59,907 bases of DNA from a virus (lineage: Duplodnaviria > Caudoviricetes). The stretch covers positions 1 through 59,907 of IMG/VR virus record IMGVR_UViG_3300030103_004214; one strand, written 5' to 3'. A program made the position numbers and the translations under genes. This document shows, piece after piece, positions 34,402-46,400 of this stretch (its first letter is position 1; each line of letters opens with the position of its first letter). The notes below the pieces were generated by a model that was given only the letters and a program-made list of their open reading frames with translations, ran no database searches and was not told the DNA's origin.

Positions 34402-37400
34402 TATGCTAGTGCAATTGCTCTAAAGTCCTTAAACTTGATTTGTGATGACTCATTTGTTGAACTCATTACTATTTTAATTGTGAATGAATTAAATTGCTCT
34501 AAATTATCAGCAGTAAATTGATACTCTGAGAATATTCCTATTCGATTAGGAGATACAAAAGCATCCGATCTACCATCATTCTCAGCAACATTAATTATTT
34601 CATCACCAAATCCATCACCATTTGTATCTCTCAAGTTTACGAAACCAGGAAATGGTCTGTATGTTGAAGACACTTCAGTTGAGTCTGAACTGAATAAACG
34701 ATAATATACTCTAAAGTCTGATTCAGGTTGCACACTTGCACCAACTAATACTTTAAGTGATGTTGCAGGTTGTTGTAAGTCAACTCTTTGAGAAACAAAT
34801 ACTGAACCATGAGGGTCATTTTTAAGTTGATTTGTGCGATCATCTGATGCATAATTAGCAAGACCAATAGGATTGTTTAATTTATTACGTCCAAGAATAA
34901 ATATTGCATTCTTAGTATCCAATACTGGTGATAAGTTTGGATCTTGAGTGCTCATATTCACATTCAAGGTTAATGATTTATTTTTTGGAAGAGTTGCTAG
35001 TCTCGCATTTTCATTAATTTTAGATGCAACTAATCTTGGTGTTGGGAAGAATGTTGCTTGATTTAGAATCGCTGGCTCAAATCCTTGATCTACAAATGAA
35101 TTTTCAACACCATCTGCACTTGTACCACTAATTGTTCTAAACGATGAATTAACCCTTGTTGTTCTACCTGGTGTAATACAATTAAATTGTGGTGTTGCAT
35201 TACTAAATTGATGGTTTTGTGATACTCTCGCAACTTTACCACCAAATGCCTTTTCATTCTTGAAACATAATAATGAATTGCCAGTTCTTGTTGGAGCAAG
35301 ATTGGAAGTATTAATTTCTAAGAAATAACTGTCAATAGTATCTTGATGTGATGATACTGTAAATGTTGTATTAATACCAACTAATGATATACCACTTGCT
35401 TCATAAGTTTGAATGTCTGCATTTTCGGGATGAGGTAAAGCAATTGTATTAAATTTACCCCTTGTTAATGTTAATGAACCAGTGCCAACAACATAAGATA
35501 CAATCTCATCCTCAAATAATGCCTCACCTCTGTCAGTTGTAATACCATTATATGATACAAATGGAGTTGTGTTTGCAACAGAAACAGTTGTTCCCTCTGC
35601 AGTTACACTTGATGTTGTTTGTATAATCTGGGTATCAGGTTTAATATTTTTAACATCAACTTGATTTAATCCAGAGTGATGTGCGTGATTGAATTGAGTG
35701 ACCTCAAATACATTACCAGTAAACTTCGCACCATTTACAGTAGAGTCACCATTTACAGCGACGTTTGTAGCAACAGTTCTAGTATTATTATTAGCACCAT
35801 AATGAACCATTACTTCATTATTTGTAAATTTCTCACCCTGAACATCAGTTAGATATAAAGTATCAAATGTTGAGTTGATTGCTGTAACAACAAACTTCAA
35901 TCCAGAACCTCTGGTATACTTAGAACTTGTAGTGTCAACTGTTAATACCTCACCAACTTGATAACCGTTACCTGCAGCATTAATGGCAATTGCGGTTACA
36001 ACACCACCAGATACAGTTGGATTCACTGTCGCTCCAGTTCCACTTCCAGTTAATGAAACAACTGGTACAGCAGTTGTGTTACTGAATGCATATCCACCAC
36101 CACCAGATACTACTTCTTCAGTGGAAATTGGTGCACCTTGTCCTTCAATAATACCTGTTACACTTTGATCTTCTAAATCAGCAGCTGCACCTGTACTTAC
36201 TTTTCTTCCTATTGGGAATACAGCATCTGTTTTTGTTCCAGACCCATCAATAACAACTTTTAATTTTCGAGGTAAAGATTTAAGTGGATTATCAGGTAAA
36301 ACTTGTGTATTTAAGTTTCCTGCTTCAATTGGAGTATTAAAGAATGTTGCAGTTCCTGAAGGTACAAATGATGCCTTACGTAACTTAAAGCATAAATCTT
36401 GGAATTGACTTGGAGTCCAAATTGTTCCATTCTGTGATTTAAATAAACTACCACCAAGATATTGTTTGGATACAATTACATTCTCAACATCAGGTAAGTT
36501 TGTTGATCTAACAGTTTTCTGACCCATTGTAGCAACCCACATCTCATATTTGTCAGATGCAGGAGATAAGAATACAATAGCATACTCTCTCTTTGGTTCA
36601 AGATAAACTGGAGATGGGAAACGAATTGTAGTTGGTACAGATGCGTCAGCAGATGTGTTGATTTGATTTGGATTTAATGCAACCTGAGAATAATCCTGTA
36701 CAAGGAATCTAGTAGGAGTTCCAAGTTCAACATGCCTTAATTCAACAAATACTTTTGCACTTGGATCTTTTGATGCAAAGAATACATCAAATGAGGTTAA
36801 GAATGCACCAGTTTCATCAGTTGTAAATGTCTGGGAAAGTGGGTCTCTATCAGGTGCTTCAACCCATCTTCTATCAGTTCTAGTGGATGTGTTAGTAAAG
36901 TTAGTAAACTCGTTTGGTCGTTGTGGGGGTGCTGGTGGGTTTCTAAGGTCTACAGTTGATGTATCTTGGGTAACTATCGTTCCTGTTCCTGTAAACGTAC
37001 CAGAAGCGTCACTGGCATGGTCTGTTGCACCAGGTATTGGTATAGAACCCTCTGATGCTGCAGTCACTCTCATTGTAATTGTTCCTGAACGGAATACATT
37101 TGGTGGTTGAGGAGTTTGGTTAGGATCTCTGAAGAAGAATGCACCAACTATATCACCCCAATTATCTGAAATAAGGTTTATATTTGTAACCGTAGCAATC
37201 GCTCCACTAGTTTCACCTATGATTGTCGCATTTCTTATAGCATATCCAAAATATTCTTCAAGATTTGCTAACGATGTAACATCAACATTTAATAATCTTG
37301 ATGTTGCAGAGTAACTTGATGATGGTGCTGGTCTACTTCTATCATAAATATCAACTTCGTAATTTTCTTCTAGAACAGCAAGAGAACCAAGTCCTGAACC

Positions 37401-40400
37401 AATATCAGGTCTTTGACTATCACCAAATTTATGATTTGGTCTTTGCAGACGAACATATCCAATTTGCTCTCCATTTAATTCAATTCTTGCATTCTCAAAA
37501 ATTGTAAATGTACCTGTGACCATTTCAATTTCAACAAGTTTAGGTACGATATCTGGAACTGCACTATCAAGATACTGGAAATGACGAGTAAGTGGTTTTA
37601 ATCCATTAACTGAGAAATAAACATTTCTTGATCTCATAAACGGATCTGCTTCACTTGTTACTTTAACGTCTTCAATATACTTGAATTCTCTTGAAGGTCC
37701 TTCTAATACATTGGTAAATGCAATTTCCCTATCAATATTAACTGTTGTAGTAGCGGTAAATCCAACCCAACCTGAGTCATCACGACTTCTTCTTGTGTCA
37801 AATTGTTGAACATCAGTTGTTGAAGTGATATTCTCATTAACAATATTTGATTGCTCTACCCATCTTGCACCTGTTGACTCAATTCTTTCATCATCAAGAT
37901 AGATTGTTCGTGACCAGTTATCTGATGGTGGATCAAGAACAATTCCACCAGCAAAGGTAATTACATTGAATGGGTTAATATTTTCTACTTCAGTTGCTTG
38001 AGGTTGATTTAACCAATCTACTTCAGTATATGCAAGTGTAATTATATCACCTGTTTTCTGACAATTAGTATCAAGTAGTTGTAAATTAGAATTTAAATCA
38101 GCAGTTGCTACAGCAATCTGTGGGTTAAGTGCTAATTCTGCTCTTAAAGACCAGAAATCAACAGCATTACACATCTCTCTTTTTCTTATGTCAACATCAA
38201 TTCTTGAACCTGTTTCTGGAGTAAAATCAATAAATCTTCTATCTTTGAAGTTATTAACTGCAAAACCACTCTTAAATCGATCTAAACCATCACCATCTCT
38301 TACTTGGAATGATTTTGTATCTAACTCAAGGGCATTTAATGTTGTTAAAGTTTCAAGATTATCAATTCTCTTTTCAAGAGCACCGATATCTCTCATCGTA
38401 AATCTTCGATTATCTTGTAACTTAATAGATGGTTGTCTTACAGGATCATAAAGATATGGTGGTAAAGAAATCTGAGCAATCTCCATAGAATCACCAAGTT
38501 CAGTTGGTGGAGCAGGATTTTCAGCAGACTCACCCTTAATAAGTTTTACTTCCTCAAATTGGTTTATAACCAATTTATCAATACGTGGTAGATAGAAATT
38601 GAATCCTAATATAGAACTCTCATTAGGTGTAATTATGAATGGATTATTTGCAACAAATGTACGATTTATTAATGAGAATGGACTACCAACTCCTCCAGCT
38701 ACAGTGTAATTTGCAACTCTTGGTCTGAAATCTAATATGTCAGTGACACGATTACGATCAACTGATATTATATCATCTGTAAATCTCTCTTTCGTATATG
38801 AACTAGCTGTAAATAAATCACCTGTAACATCCCCAGATACCTGATATTGATCATACACAACTAATAATTTTCTTGATGGAATTGCAGATTTTGCTTTTCT
38901 AACAATTCTTGACAGTCCGCAATATTCTTTAGTATGACCTGAATTTAATATGAAATTATTTGTTCTATCAACAAAATTACCTGTATCAATTCCTTGTAAA
39001 ATTGATTGTATTGCTGACTCATCAAACTTTACTTTCTCACCAACAATAAATGAATTACCATTTAAGTAAACAATTTCAACATCGTTTGCATTACGATTGA
39101 CTACTTGACCAATTGCACGACTTTCTTGACCAATTACTTTTTCACCTTTTATTGAATCTGTGTTTAGATTTAATCCACCAACAAATTTTAATTTATCAAA
39201 AGTAGGTGAATTATCAGTTTTTGATTCATATATTGCAATTACTTTATTAACATCAGGTACATTAAGTGAGATTTCTTCATCTTCAACTCTCAATCCATAG
39301 TTTGAACTCGTTGTTAATCCACTTAAAGTATTGAATTTAGATGTTCTTGTAATCTGTACTTGCTCACTTCTAATATAATCTTTTGCCTTACTTGTAATAC
39401 CAATTTTCTTTAATGTGACATTAACAGTTGCGTTTCCACTTGATTTTGATAAACCGTTAAATGCAATATTATTACCACCATTTGTAATGACTACTTGATC
39501 TGAAGTTAGTGGTTCAGTTGTACCATCACTGTATTGAATTGAATATTTTTCTGCATCAAATGGTTCAAAGAATGCACTTGTAATTCCTGCAGATGCATTT
39601 AATGCATCAGAAGATGCTAAAGTTATAGTAGAACTACTAATTGCTTTATTTAATATTTGTTTGCCGATTATTAAATTTGAGTTGGATGTATCAACATCAG
39701 CAATATTTTTTCTTGGTAACGGTGCAAATATACCTGAATTAGTCGAAATTCTAGGAACTTTAACCCTAAAGGAATTGCTTGTTGATATACCTGCTGCTTT
39801 AATGGCACCATTATTAACACCAGAAACGGTAGTTGTTGCAGATAAAGTCAAAGTTGCTCCATCAGCGGATATTGCACTTACTCTGTTTACCGTTTCATCT
39901 GCATCTGTACTAAATTGATATGCAATAAGAGCATCTGTATTAATACCAATCTGTCCAGAAAATCTACGACTTGGAACATTTGCAGTGTTTGTTCCTGATC
40001 CACCTAAGACATTAAGTTGATCTGTTAGAGAAAAATTAGGTAATACTTTATCATATAAAACTGCATCAGCAAGAAAATCTGATACCAGTGCAGGTGAACC
40101 AAGGATTGTAGAGACATCTTGTGAAACACTTTTGATGTCATCAACAGTATATTTGTTTATTTTTGTGATTGAAAAATTAGGTGAACCTTGTCCCTCATTG
40201 ATTATAATTTCTTCACCATTTATAAAATCACCAGTGGTTTCAGCGACAATCATTTCTTTTGCATGTGTCGAACCAGCATTTTCAAATAAGAAACCTACAG
40301 TACCACTTGTCTTACCTCTAACTCTTGAACCACCAATTTGTCTAGTTGGTTCAAGTGTTCCTGCAACCTGTAGAATAGTAAATGTCTGGATATCATACAA

Positions 40401-41804
40401 ATGTAAATCAAACTGAGTTGTAGCACCACTGTATACTCCATCTGTTGCACCGTAAGAATATACTCTTGCTTGACCTATTTGTATACCACCTCCACTTAAT
40501 GTTGACCCATCTCTTCTACGATTGAAAAGTTTAATTGTGTTTGTATTATCACCACCAACACTTACAAATGGTGAACCAAAGACATTATTTACTTTAAGAA
40601 CACTACCCATGTTAAATGGAATAGATGCTGCATTTACTTTCTTTACATCTCTTGGTTTTTCAATATCTAATACAGTTGTTCCTGGTAAATAAACATCAAA
40701 TCCTCTTACATATGCACGACCTGGTGATAATTTAACGCACATTAAATCATCAGTTGGTTTATTTCCCTCGTCTGTTACTTGATTTTCAGTATATAATCCT
40801 CTACTATCAATTTCATTATTCAATGAATTTTGGATATTTACACGGAAAGGAACTACAGAGTAATCACCAGATTCATCAAATGTTCTCTTCGCAAAATACT
40901 TTTTAATCTCAGAATATACTGACATATTCTGTAATTTTTTAGTTTCTCCTTCTCTTACCCTAAAAAGTTCAACAAAATTCGTATCATTAAAATCTTGAAG
41001 TGATTTTTTCGCTAATTTACAAGTTATCTTAAATCTATCAGCACCAGGTGCAGCAAAGTTAGTAAATCCTTTTGCATTGTCATACAATTTAGAGTTATCG
41101 TTTGCATTTACAACCTCTTCAATTACCTCAAATCCAACTCTGTATGATGGTTGATTATTATATGGATCTAATACTATTAATGAAGTAGGAACATCAACAA
41201 ATATACCTCTTAAGAAGTAAACACCTTTGTTTACACCAAAAGCAGAACCAGTTGCTGCAGCATTTTCAGGAGTAAGTGTTAATACAGTTTCATCAATACT
41301 TAAAGTTGTATTGCCATATGTTAATGGTTCTTCAAGTATTAAAACTTCTCCATCGGGAAAAGCAACACTCTCATTATCTGTTCCAGACTGATTATACTTT
41401 AAGAAAACAGTTATTTCATCTACACCTTCTGCTGGAGGTAATATAAAATTCTTGATAGTTGCCACAATACCAGAATTTTGCCCTCTAACTCTAGTTCCTT
41501 TACCATTATTGTTAGATATAATATCACTTAGATAAATCGATACATCAATACCAAGATGTGTCGCATTAATTTTCGCAGAATAGTAGGATTTGTCAAACTC
41601 AATGCCACCAGGAATGACCATCGAACCTTCTTTGAAGATATGTTTTCCAAAGTTTTCAACTTGATTTTGTAATATAGATTGTAATCCCGTTAATTCTCTT
41701 GCCTGAACTGGAAGACCAGGCTTGAAAAGGACTTTGTAAAAATTATCATCCTTACTGAAATCATCATAGTAAGGACTTATATTTAAATTCGTTTTTTGTG
41801 GCAT
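34401..41804 (-). CDS. Large virion structural protein (DUF4815/VrlC-like, baseplate-associated)
   Basis: MPQKTNLNISPYYDDF...VQARELT.LQSILQNQ; RRFTMRDIG.LEKRI; DPLSQTF; C-terminal FRAIALA. Confidence 0.88.
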   Translation of the reverse strand: MPQKTNLNISPYYDDFSKDDNFYKVLFKPGLPVQARELTGLQSILQNQVENFGKHIFKEGSMVIPGGIEFDKSYYSAKINATHLGIDVSIYLSDIISNNNGKGTRVRGQNSGIVATIKNFILPPAEGVDEITVFLKYNQSGTDNESVAFPDGEVLILEEPLTYGNTTLSIDETVLTLTPENAAATGSAFGVNKGVYFLRGIFVDVPTSLIVLDPYNNQPSYRVGFEVIEEVVNANDNSKLYDNAKGFTNFAAPGADRFKITCKLAKKSLQDFNDTNFVELFRVREGETKKLQNMSVYSEIKKYFAKRTFDESGDYSVVPFRVNIQNSLNNEIDSRGLYTENQVTDEGNKPTDDLMCVKLSPGRAYVRGFDVYLPGTTVLDIEKPRDVKKVNAASIPFNMGSVLKVNNVFGSPFVSVGGDNTNTIKLFNRRRDGSTLSGGGIQIGQARVYSYGATDGVYSGATTQFDLHLYDIQTFTILQVAGTLEPTRQIGGSRVRGKTSGTVGFLFENAGSTHAKEMIVAETTGDFINGEEIIINEGQGSPNFSITKINKYTVDDIKSVSQDVSTILGSPALVSDFLADAVLYDKVLPNFSLTDQLNVLGGSGTNTANVPSRRFSGQIGINTDALIAYQFSTDADETVNRVSAISADGATLTLSATTTVSGVNNGAIKAAGISTSNSFRVKVPRISTNSGIFAPLPRKNIADVDTSNSNLIIGKQILNKAISSSTITLASSDALNASAGITSAFFEPFDAEKYSIQYSDGTTEPLTSDQVVITNGGNNIAFNGLSKSSGNATVNVTLKKIGITSKAKDYIRSEQVQITRTSKFNTLSGLTTSSNYGLRVEDEEISLNVPDVNKVIAIYESKTDNSPTFDKLKFVGGLNLNTDSIKGEKVIGQESRAIGQVVNRNANDVEIVYLNGNSFIVGEKVKFDESAIQSILQGIDTGNFVDRTNNFILNSGHTKEYCGLSRIVRKAKSAIPSRKLLVVYDQYQVSGDVTGDLFTASSYTKERFTDDIISVDRNRVTDILDFRPRVANYTVAGGVGSPFSLINRTFVANNPFIITPNESSILGFNFYLPRIDKLVINQFEEVKLIKGESAENPAPPTELGDSMEIAQISLPPYLYDPVRQPSIKLQDNRRFTMRDIGALEKRIDNLETLTTLNALELDTKSFQVRDGDGLDRFKSGFAVNNFKDRRFIDFTPETGSRIDVDIRKREMCNAVDFWSLRAELALNPQIAVATADLNSNLQLLDTNCQKTGDIITLAYTEVDWLNQPQATEVENINPFNVITFAGGIVLDPPSDNWSRTIYLDDERIESTGARWVEQSNIVNENITSTTDVQQFDTRRSRDDSGWVGFTATTTVNIDREIAFTNVLEGPSREFKYIEDVKVTSEADPFMRSRNVYFSVNGLKPLTRHFQYLDSAVPDIVPKLVEIEMVTGTFTIFENARIELNGEQIGYVRLQRPNHKFGDSQRPDIGSGLGSLAVLEENYEVDIYDRSRPAPSSSYSATSRLLNVDVTSLANLEEYFGYAIRNATIIGETSGAIATVTNINLISDNWGDIVGAFFFRDPNQTPQPPNVFRSGTITMRVTAASEGSIPIPGATDHASDASGTFTGTGTIVTQDTSTVDLRNPPAPPQRPNEFTNFTNTSTRTDRRWVEAPDRDPLSQTFTTDETGAFLTSFDVFFASKDPSAKVFVELRHVELGTPTRFLVQDYSQVALNPNQINTSADASVPTTIRFPSPVYLEPKREYAIVFLSPASDKYEMWVATMGQKTVRSTNLPDVENVIVSKQYLGGSLFKSQNGTIWTPSQFQDLCFKLRKASFVPSGTATFFNTPIEAGNLNTQVLPDNPLKSLPRKLKVVIDGSGTKTDAVFPIGRKVSTGAAADLEDQSVTGIIEGQGAPISTEEVVSGGGGYAFSNTTAVPVVSLTGSGTGATVNPTVSGGVVTAIAINAAGNGYQVGEVLTVDTTSSKYTRGSGLKFVVTAINSTFDTLYLTDVQGEKFTNNEVMVHYGANNNTRTVATNVAVNGDSTVNGAKFTGNVFEVTQFNHAHHSGLNQVDVKNIKPDTQIIQTTSSVTAEGTTVSVANTTPFVSYNGITTDRGEALFEDEIVSYVVGTGSLTLTRGKFNTIALPHPENADIQTYEASGISLVGINTTFTVSSHQDTIDSYFLEINTSNLAPTRTGNSLLCFKNEKAFGGKVARVSQNHQFSNATPQFNCITPGRTTRVNSSFRTISGTSADGVENSFVDQGFEPAILNQATFFPTPRLVASKINENARLATLPKNKSLTLNVNMSTQDPNLSPVLDTKNAIFILGRNKLNNPIGLANYASDDRTNQLKNDPHGSVFVSQRVDLQQPATSLKVLVGASVQPESDFRVYYRLFSSDSTEVSSTYRPFPGFVNLRDTNGDGFGDEIINVAENDGRSDAFVSPNRIGIFSEYQFTADNLEQFNSFTIKIVMSSTNESSQIKFKDFRAIALA

Positions 41805-41805
41805 T

Positions 41806-43398
41806 TTAGAATTCTAGTATGATTTTAATGTCTTCCTTTTGTCGAGAGTTTCTGACAATCAACGGTCTATTATCTAAGTAAATTGTTTCACCTGACCCTT
41901 TATTTATCTCTGAGTTAGATAACCCTGAAATAAAGTTTGTTCCTAAATTGATAAGTTTGTTACCTGTAGGATTAGTTGTAATACCAGAGAATGACTGTGA
42001 TATTGCACCTGAGAAAGATGATTCCTTTCCTTCAATATTATTTGCACCTGTGGTGGACTCAAATTGATAAATTCTACCAGAAGTAGAAATACCAGCATAA
42101 TCTGTTTGGTCAAATGTCGTTCTATTAAAGTTTAATGAACGATCTCTAAAATACTTCAATACTTTGGTTTCAGTATCATAAGATGCAATATATGCAGTTG
42201 CTACTCTTCCTACATTGGGTGAGACTGTAAGCACCTGCTTTATTTCTTCTCCAACTATCGGAACACCAGTAATGGTGTTAAATTTAACTGCCTGTAATGA
42301 TGAGTAAGTATTATCAGTATATGTTACTGAAGTTCCTACCTTAGTTGGATTTTTAACAATACCAACTTGTGCAAATTTAGTATCAATTGGAAAATCTTTA
42401 GTAGAATCATCAAAACGTGCATAAACAATACATCTATCAGTTCCTAATTCAGTATATAAATCATGACCATGACCCAATGATGGTGGAATGATGGGAATTA
42501 ATTTTGCACGACCAGTTGATGTAGATACACCGCTATTCAATGTTCCTAAATCAACAACACCATAACTATATCCTTTACCACCAGCACTTACAATAACATC
42601 AGTTATTGTGCCGTTTACAACATCAACTCTTGCTTTTGCCCCTTCACCATCTCCAATTATATCAACTTCCTGACTCAAACCATTTGCATATCCATTTCCA
42701 GCATTTTCAATAAAGACATGTTTGATTTGATTTAAGTTAACATCAGAATTACCATTCTCTCTTACTGATCTGATTTGAGAATCAGTGCTTGTGTTCCAAC
42801 CATTTGGGACAGTAATGAATTCAGTTGAATCAAATTTAATAATATCACTAGGTGAAACAGTGAAAAGATACTTCCAAACATATCCATCACCACTATTACC
42901 TGCCTTTGATGGTTCCAAATCGGTAAATGTTGGTTCATCCTGTGAGACATTCCCAAGCGGGTTTGCTCCTGTTGATCCATTATCAATACAAACGTAAACC
43001 TTAAAGTCGGAATTGAGAACGTAGTAGTTTGCATCATATAACCTATTTGCCTTTGTTAGGGGACTTGGGTTTTCAACACTATAATCATCTCTATAAATCT
43101 CATATCTATTTCCTGCAACCCAATCAACTCTCCTTATAATTCTTCTAATATTAGCAGATGATACTTTTTTACCATACATCATCGTATCACCAGTATGGGC
43201 ACGATATGAAAAACTATCTGTGGGTGCTGGAGTTGTTGAATTCCAATCAGAAGACCTTCCATACCCAACCAAAGTGTTAGTTCCAGTAGGGTTAGCTAGA
43301 CCTATGAACACATAATATGAATTATTTGTGTTTTCTACTGATTCTACGAAATTGTTTGCGTTCAGAATTCTAAATTGATCAGTTATAATTGCTGACAT
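41806..43398 (-). CDS. gp8: Baseplate wedge subunit gp8
   Basis: MSAIITDQFRI, YYVLNSDFKVYVC, DGYVWKYLF, QKEDIKIILEF. Confidence 0.93.
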   Translation of the reverse strand: MSAIITDQFRILNANNFVESVENTNNSYYVFIGLANPTGTNTLVGYGRSSDWNSTTPAPTDSFSYRAHTGDTMMYGKKVSSANIRRIIRRVDWVAGNRYEIYRDDYSVENPSPLTKANRLYDANYYVLNSDFKVYVCIDNGSTGANPLGNVSQDEPTFTDLEPSKAGNSGDGYVWKYLFTVSPSDIIKFDSTEFITVPNGWNTSTDSQIRSVRENGNSDVNLNQIKHVFIENAGNGYANGLSQEVDIIGDGEGAKARVDVVNGTITDVIVSAGGKGYSYGVVDLGTLNSGVSTSTGRAKLIPIIPPSLGHGHDLYTELGTDRCIVYARFDDSTKDFPIDTKFAQVGIVKNPTKVGTSVTYTDNTYSSLQAVKFNTITGVPIVGEEIKQVLTVSPNVGRVATAYIASYDTETKVLKYFRDRSLNFNRTTFDQTDYAGISTSGRIYQFESTTGANNIEGKESSFSGAISQSFSGITTNPTGNKLINLGTNFISGLSNSEINKGSGETIYLDNRPLIVRNSRQKEDIKIILEF

Positions 43399-43419
43399 TG
43401 TTATCTAAACTTTTCTTTT

Positions 43420-43427
43420 TATTTATA
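43420..43427 (-). promoter_or_regulatory. T4 late promoter TATAAATA
   Basis: Perfect consensus upstream of gp8. Confidence 0.8.
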
Positions 43428-43439
43428 GTGGTAATTTAA

Positions 43440-46400
43440 TCAAAGTCCAAATACTCTAATCGCACCTGATGATCTTAAACCTCTGAGTGATTCAGATGTA
43501 TAATTCTTACGTTGTATTGTTGGGAAGGTTGACATCCCCACATTTACAGTAAATCCAGTAACACCAATGGATATTGGGTTTGCATTTCTTGTAGCATTAA
43601 ACAATCTTCCCCAAGTAATTCTACCTAATGAAGTTGTCAAACCAACACCACCAGCAGCAGTTGGATTGTGGAAACCAGTAATTGCAATACCAGTTACTGA
43701 TGAACTGCTGTTTGTATGAACATTACAAACAATTTCACCTGTTGGACCAACAGATGACACCGAGTGAACCTTGTAAATGTTATCTACAAATGTAGTTCCT
43801 ACTCCTACAACAGATGAATCTTGACTATCAACAGATGTCACTCCATTTCCAACAGTTGTATCCTTAATTAATACTGGATATCCAGCAAGTAATGTATTTG
43901 CTGTCTTATCTGCCCTAAAGAAGAACTTAAGAGCTAATGGATGACCACCTGTTCCAGTTGTAGTGGTAATACCAGTTATTATACCAGTGAAACCTTCTAC
44001 ATTACTAATTGAAGTTACTTTCTCTGTTTTATACTCAGGTAGACTTACAATTACTTGTGGTGGTGTTAGATTAGAGTATCCTAGACCTGCATTTGTAATT
44101 GTTGTTGAAGTTATAGTTCCATTAGTAATTGTAGCAGTTGCTGTTGCTGTAGTTCCAATACCAACTCCGATTACTGGAGGTGCACTTATTTTAATAGTTG
44201 CTGTTGCATATCCAGTTCCAGCATTTGTTATATTCAATGATGTAATTTTACCAGCACTTGATACAATCGCTGTTGCTGCTGCACCTGTATTAACTTCACC
44301 TGATGTTACAAGAGCATCAACTGAATTATAAGTTAAATTATAATCACCTGCTGATTCATCTGGTAGAGATGCTGATAAATGATTACCTTTCTCATAGAAG
44401 AATACTTCAGCATCATCTACAAATATTCCATTTGTGCTTCCTTCACCTGATGATGTTGTGAAATCACCAATAATTTTAGATGTAGGATAAACTTGTGGTT
44501 CAAGTATTTCTCTTGATTTAGAAATTTTTCTACCACCAAGAATGACATCAACTTTTTGTTTTGTCCATCTAACTGGTTTATCATTATTCTCATCAATACC
44601 TCTACCACCGTAAATATCTGTTTCAAGTAACTTAGCACCAAGTATCTCCTTGATTGTTCTCTCAAACTGCTGTGTAGTTGTAATTCCAATCGGATGCTTG
44701 AATAATTTTAATTCATCACCAATCTTAATTGTTTCTTGAGTATCAACTATATCAACATCAATACCATCCTGTCCCTTATAGAAGAAGATGTCAACTTTTG
44801 CTTCTGATTTAGGTGCTTCCTCAAAGTCAAATGTTGTTCCACCATCAAAGGTGTATGATTCATTAGGTTTCTGTAGAACACCGTTTACAAATACAAGTAA
44901 GACTGCATTCAAGTCAATTAACTGAGATGATGAGTTTGATACATCCTTCTCAAAACTTAAGAGTTGACCATTAAAGAATAATGGGAATCTCTTTCTTGAA
45001 CCATTTTGTAAGTTCTGAATACTATCAATAAAGTCTAATTCACCAAACTGCCAAGAGGAGAAACTATCATTAAAGATGTCTATAACCTCTAACTCAAATT
45101 GTTGTATTGGTGATGATAAATGTGATGCAGTCACAAGTCCAACTGGTGTGAATTTATCACCAACCTTGAATGAATGACCAGGTCTTGCTATCTTAAACTT
45201 AGATATCTCAAAGGTAGTAGATCCAATACCTACAGTTGTAAGTGCTGCTCCAACTTCTACATCTAATAGTAAGTTAGAACCTGTATCAGTTGTTGCTCCA
45301 ACTCCTACTCTTGATACACCGATTATAGGTATATTATCATAATTTGGTTCAGGAATAATAATTTCTGGGTTGACATAACTTGTTCCAGCAGAAACAATAT
45401 TAAATGCAAGTGTTCCACCAGCACCCACAGTTGCAGTTACAACAGCACCACTACCTGCACCACCACCAACTCCAACTTGAAGAGTAATGGTATCATCAGT
45501 TTTAGCAATAATAGAAGTCTGAATACCAGCAATAGGATCAGAGTTGGGGAAACTAGTCTTAGAAATCGCTCTTGGATATGGGTGATTAGAGAAGAAGTTA
45601 TCTTTAGAGCACTTGAATACTAATCCACCAGTATCAATACCAACAGTATCACTTGTAGTTAAACCGTGATTTGGTATTGTAAGAACAAGAGTTCCTGTAT
45701 GTGATGTATAAACAGCGTTTGTTGCAGTAAATGAGTTTGCACTAGAGGCAGCAAAACTTCCCTTACGGATTGAACCAATACCAGCACTTACAAATCTATG
45801 AACATATGCTTGATCAGTAACACCAATCGCAACTGAACCACCACGATATCCAGAACCAAATGTTAAATCCTCAAAGAACTCAAATGCATTACCACCACGA
45901 AGATATGAATGTGGTATCGTGCTTGCTCCTGCTTGAACCTCAAATGTTCTGTCAGACACTATACCAACTACAAATAATCCTCTTTCGTGGTCTTGGAAGA
46001 ATGAAGTTGTGATACCTGAACCAGCAGGACAAGTAAATTCTAAATCTTTTAATTTAACTTGATTAGGTCTTTCAAGAGCAAATCCGTGAACTTTATTAGT
46101 AGTAACAGTAATAATACCTGTGATATTATCATACGTAGCAGTCTGAACACCAATATTAAATCCAGATGATGTGCCAATACCAACAATACTTGTTAATCCA
46201 CCAGCAGCATTCTTTCTTGCAATTACCTTTGCACCTTGTAATGGTGCATATCCGAGACCAGGTGTTGAACCTAATGAAACAATTAAACCACCTCTTGGAA
46301 CTTGATTCTGATTGATATCAAATTCAGATATGATAAAGTCACCATTTGTTGAAGTGATTCCAGTGAATTCAACTGTTGATATACCAGCAGTTGAATCCGA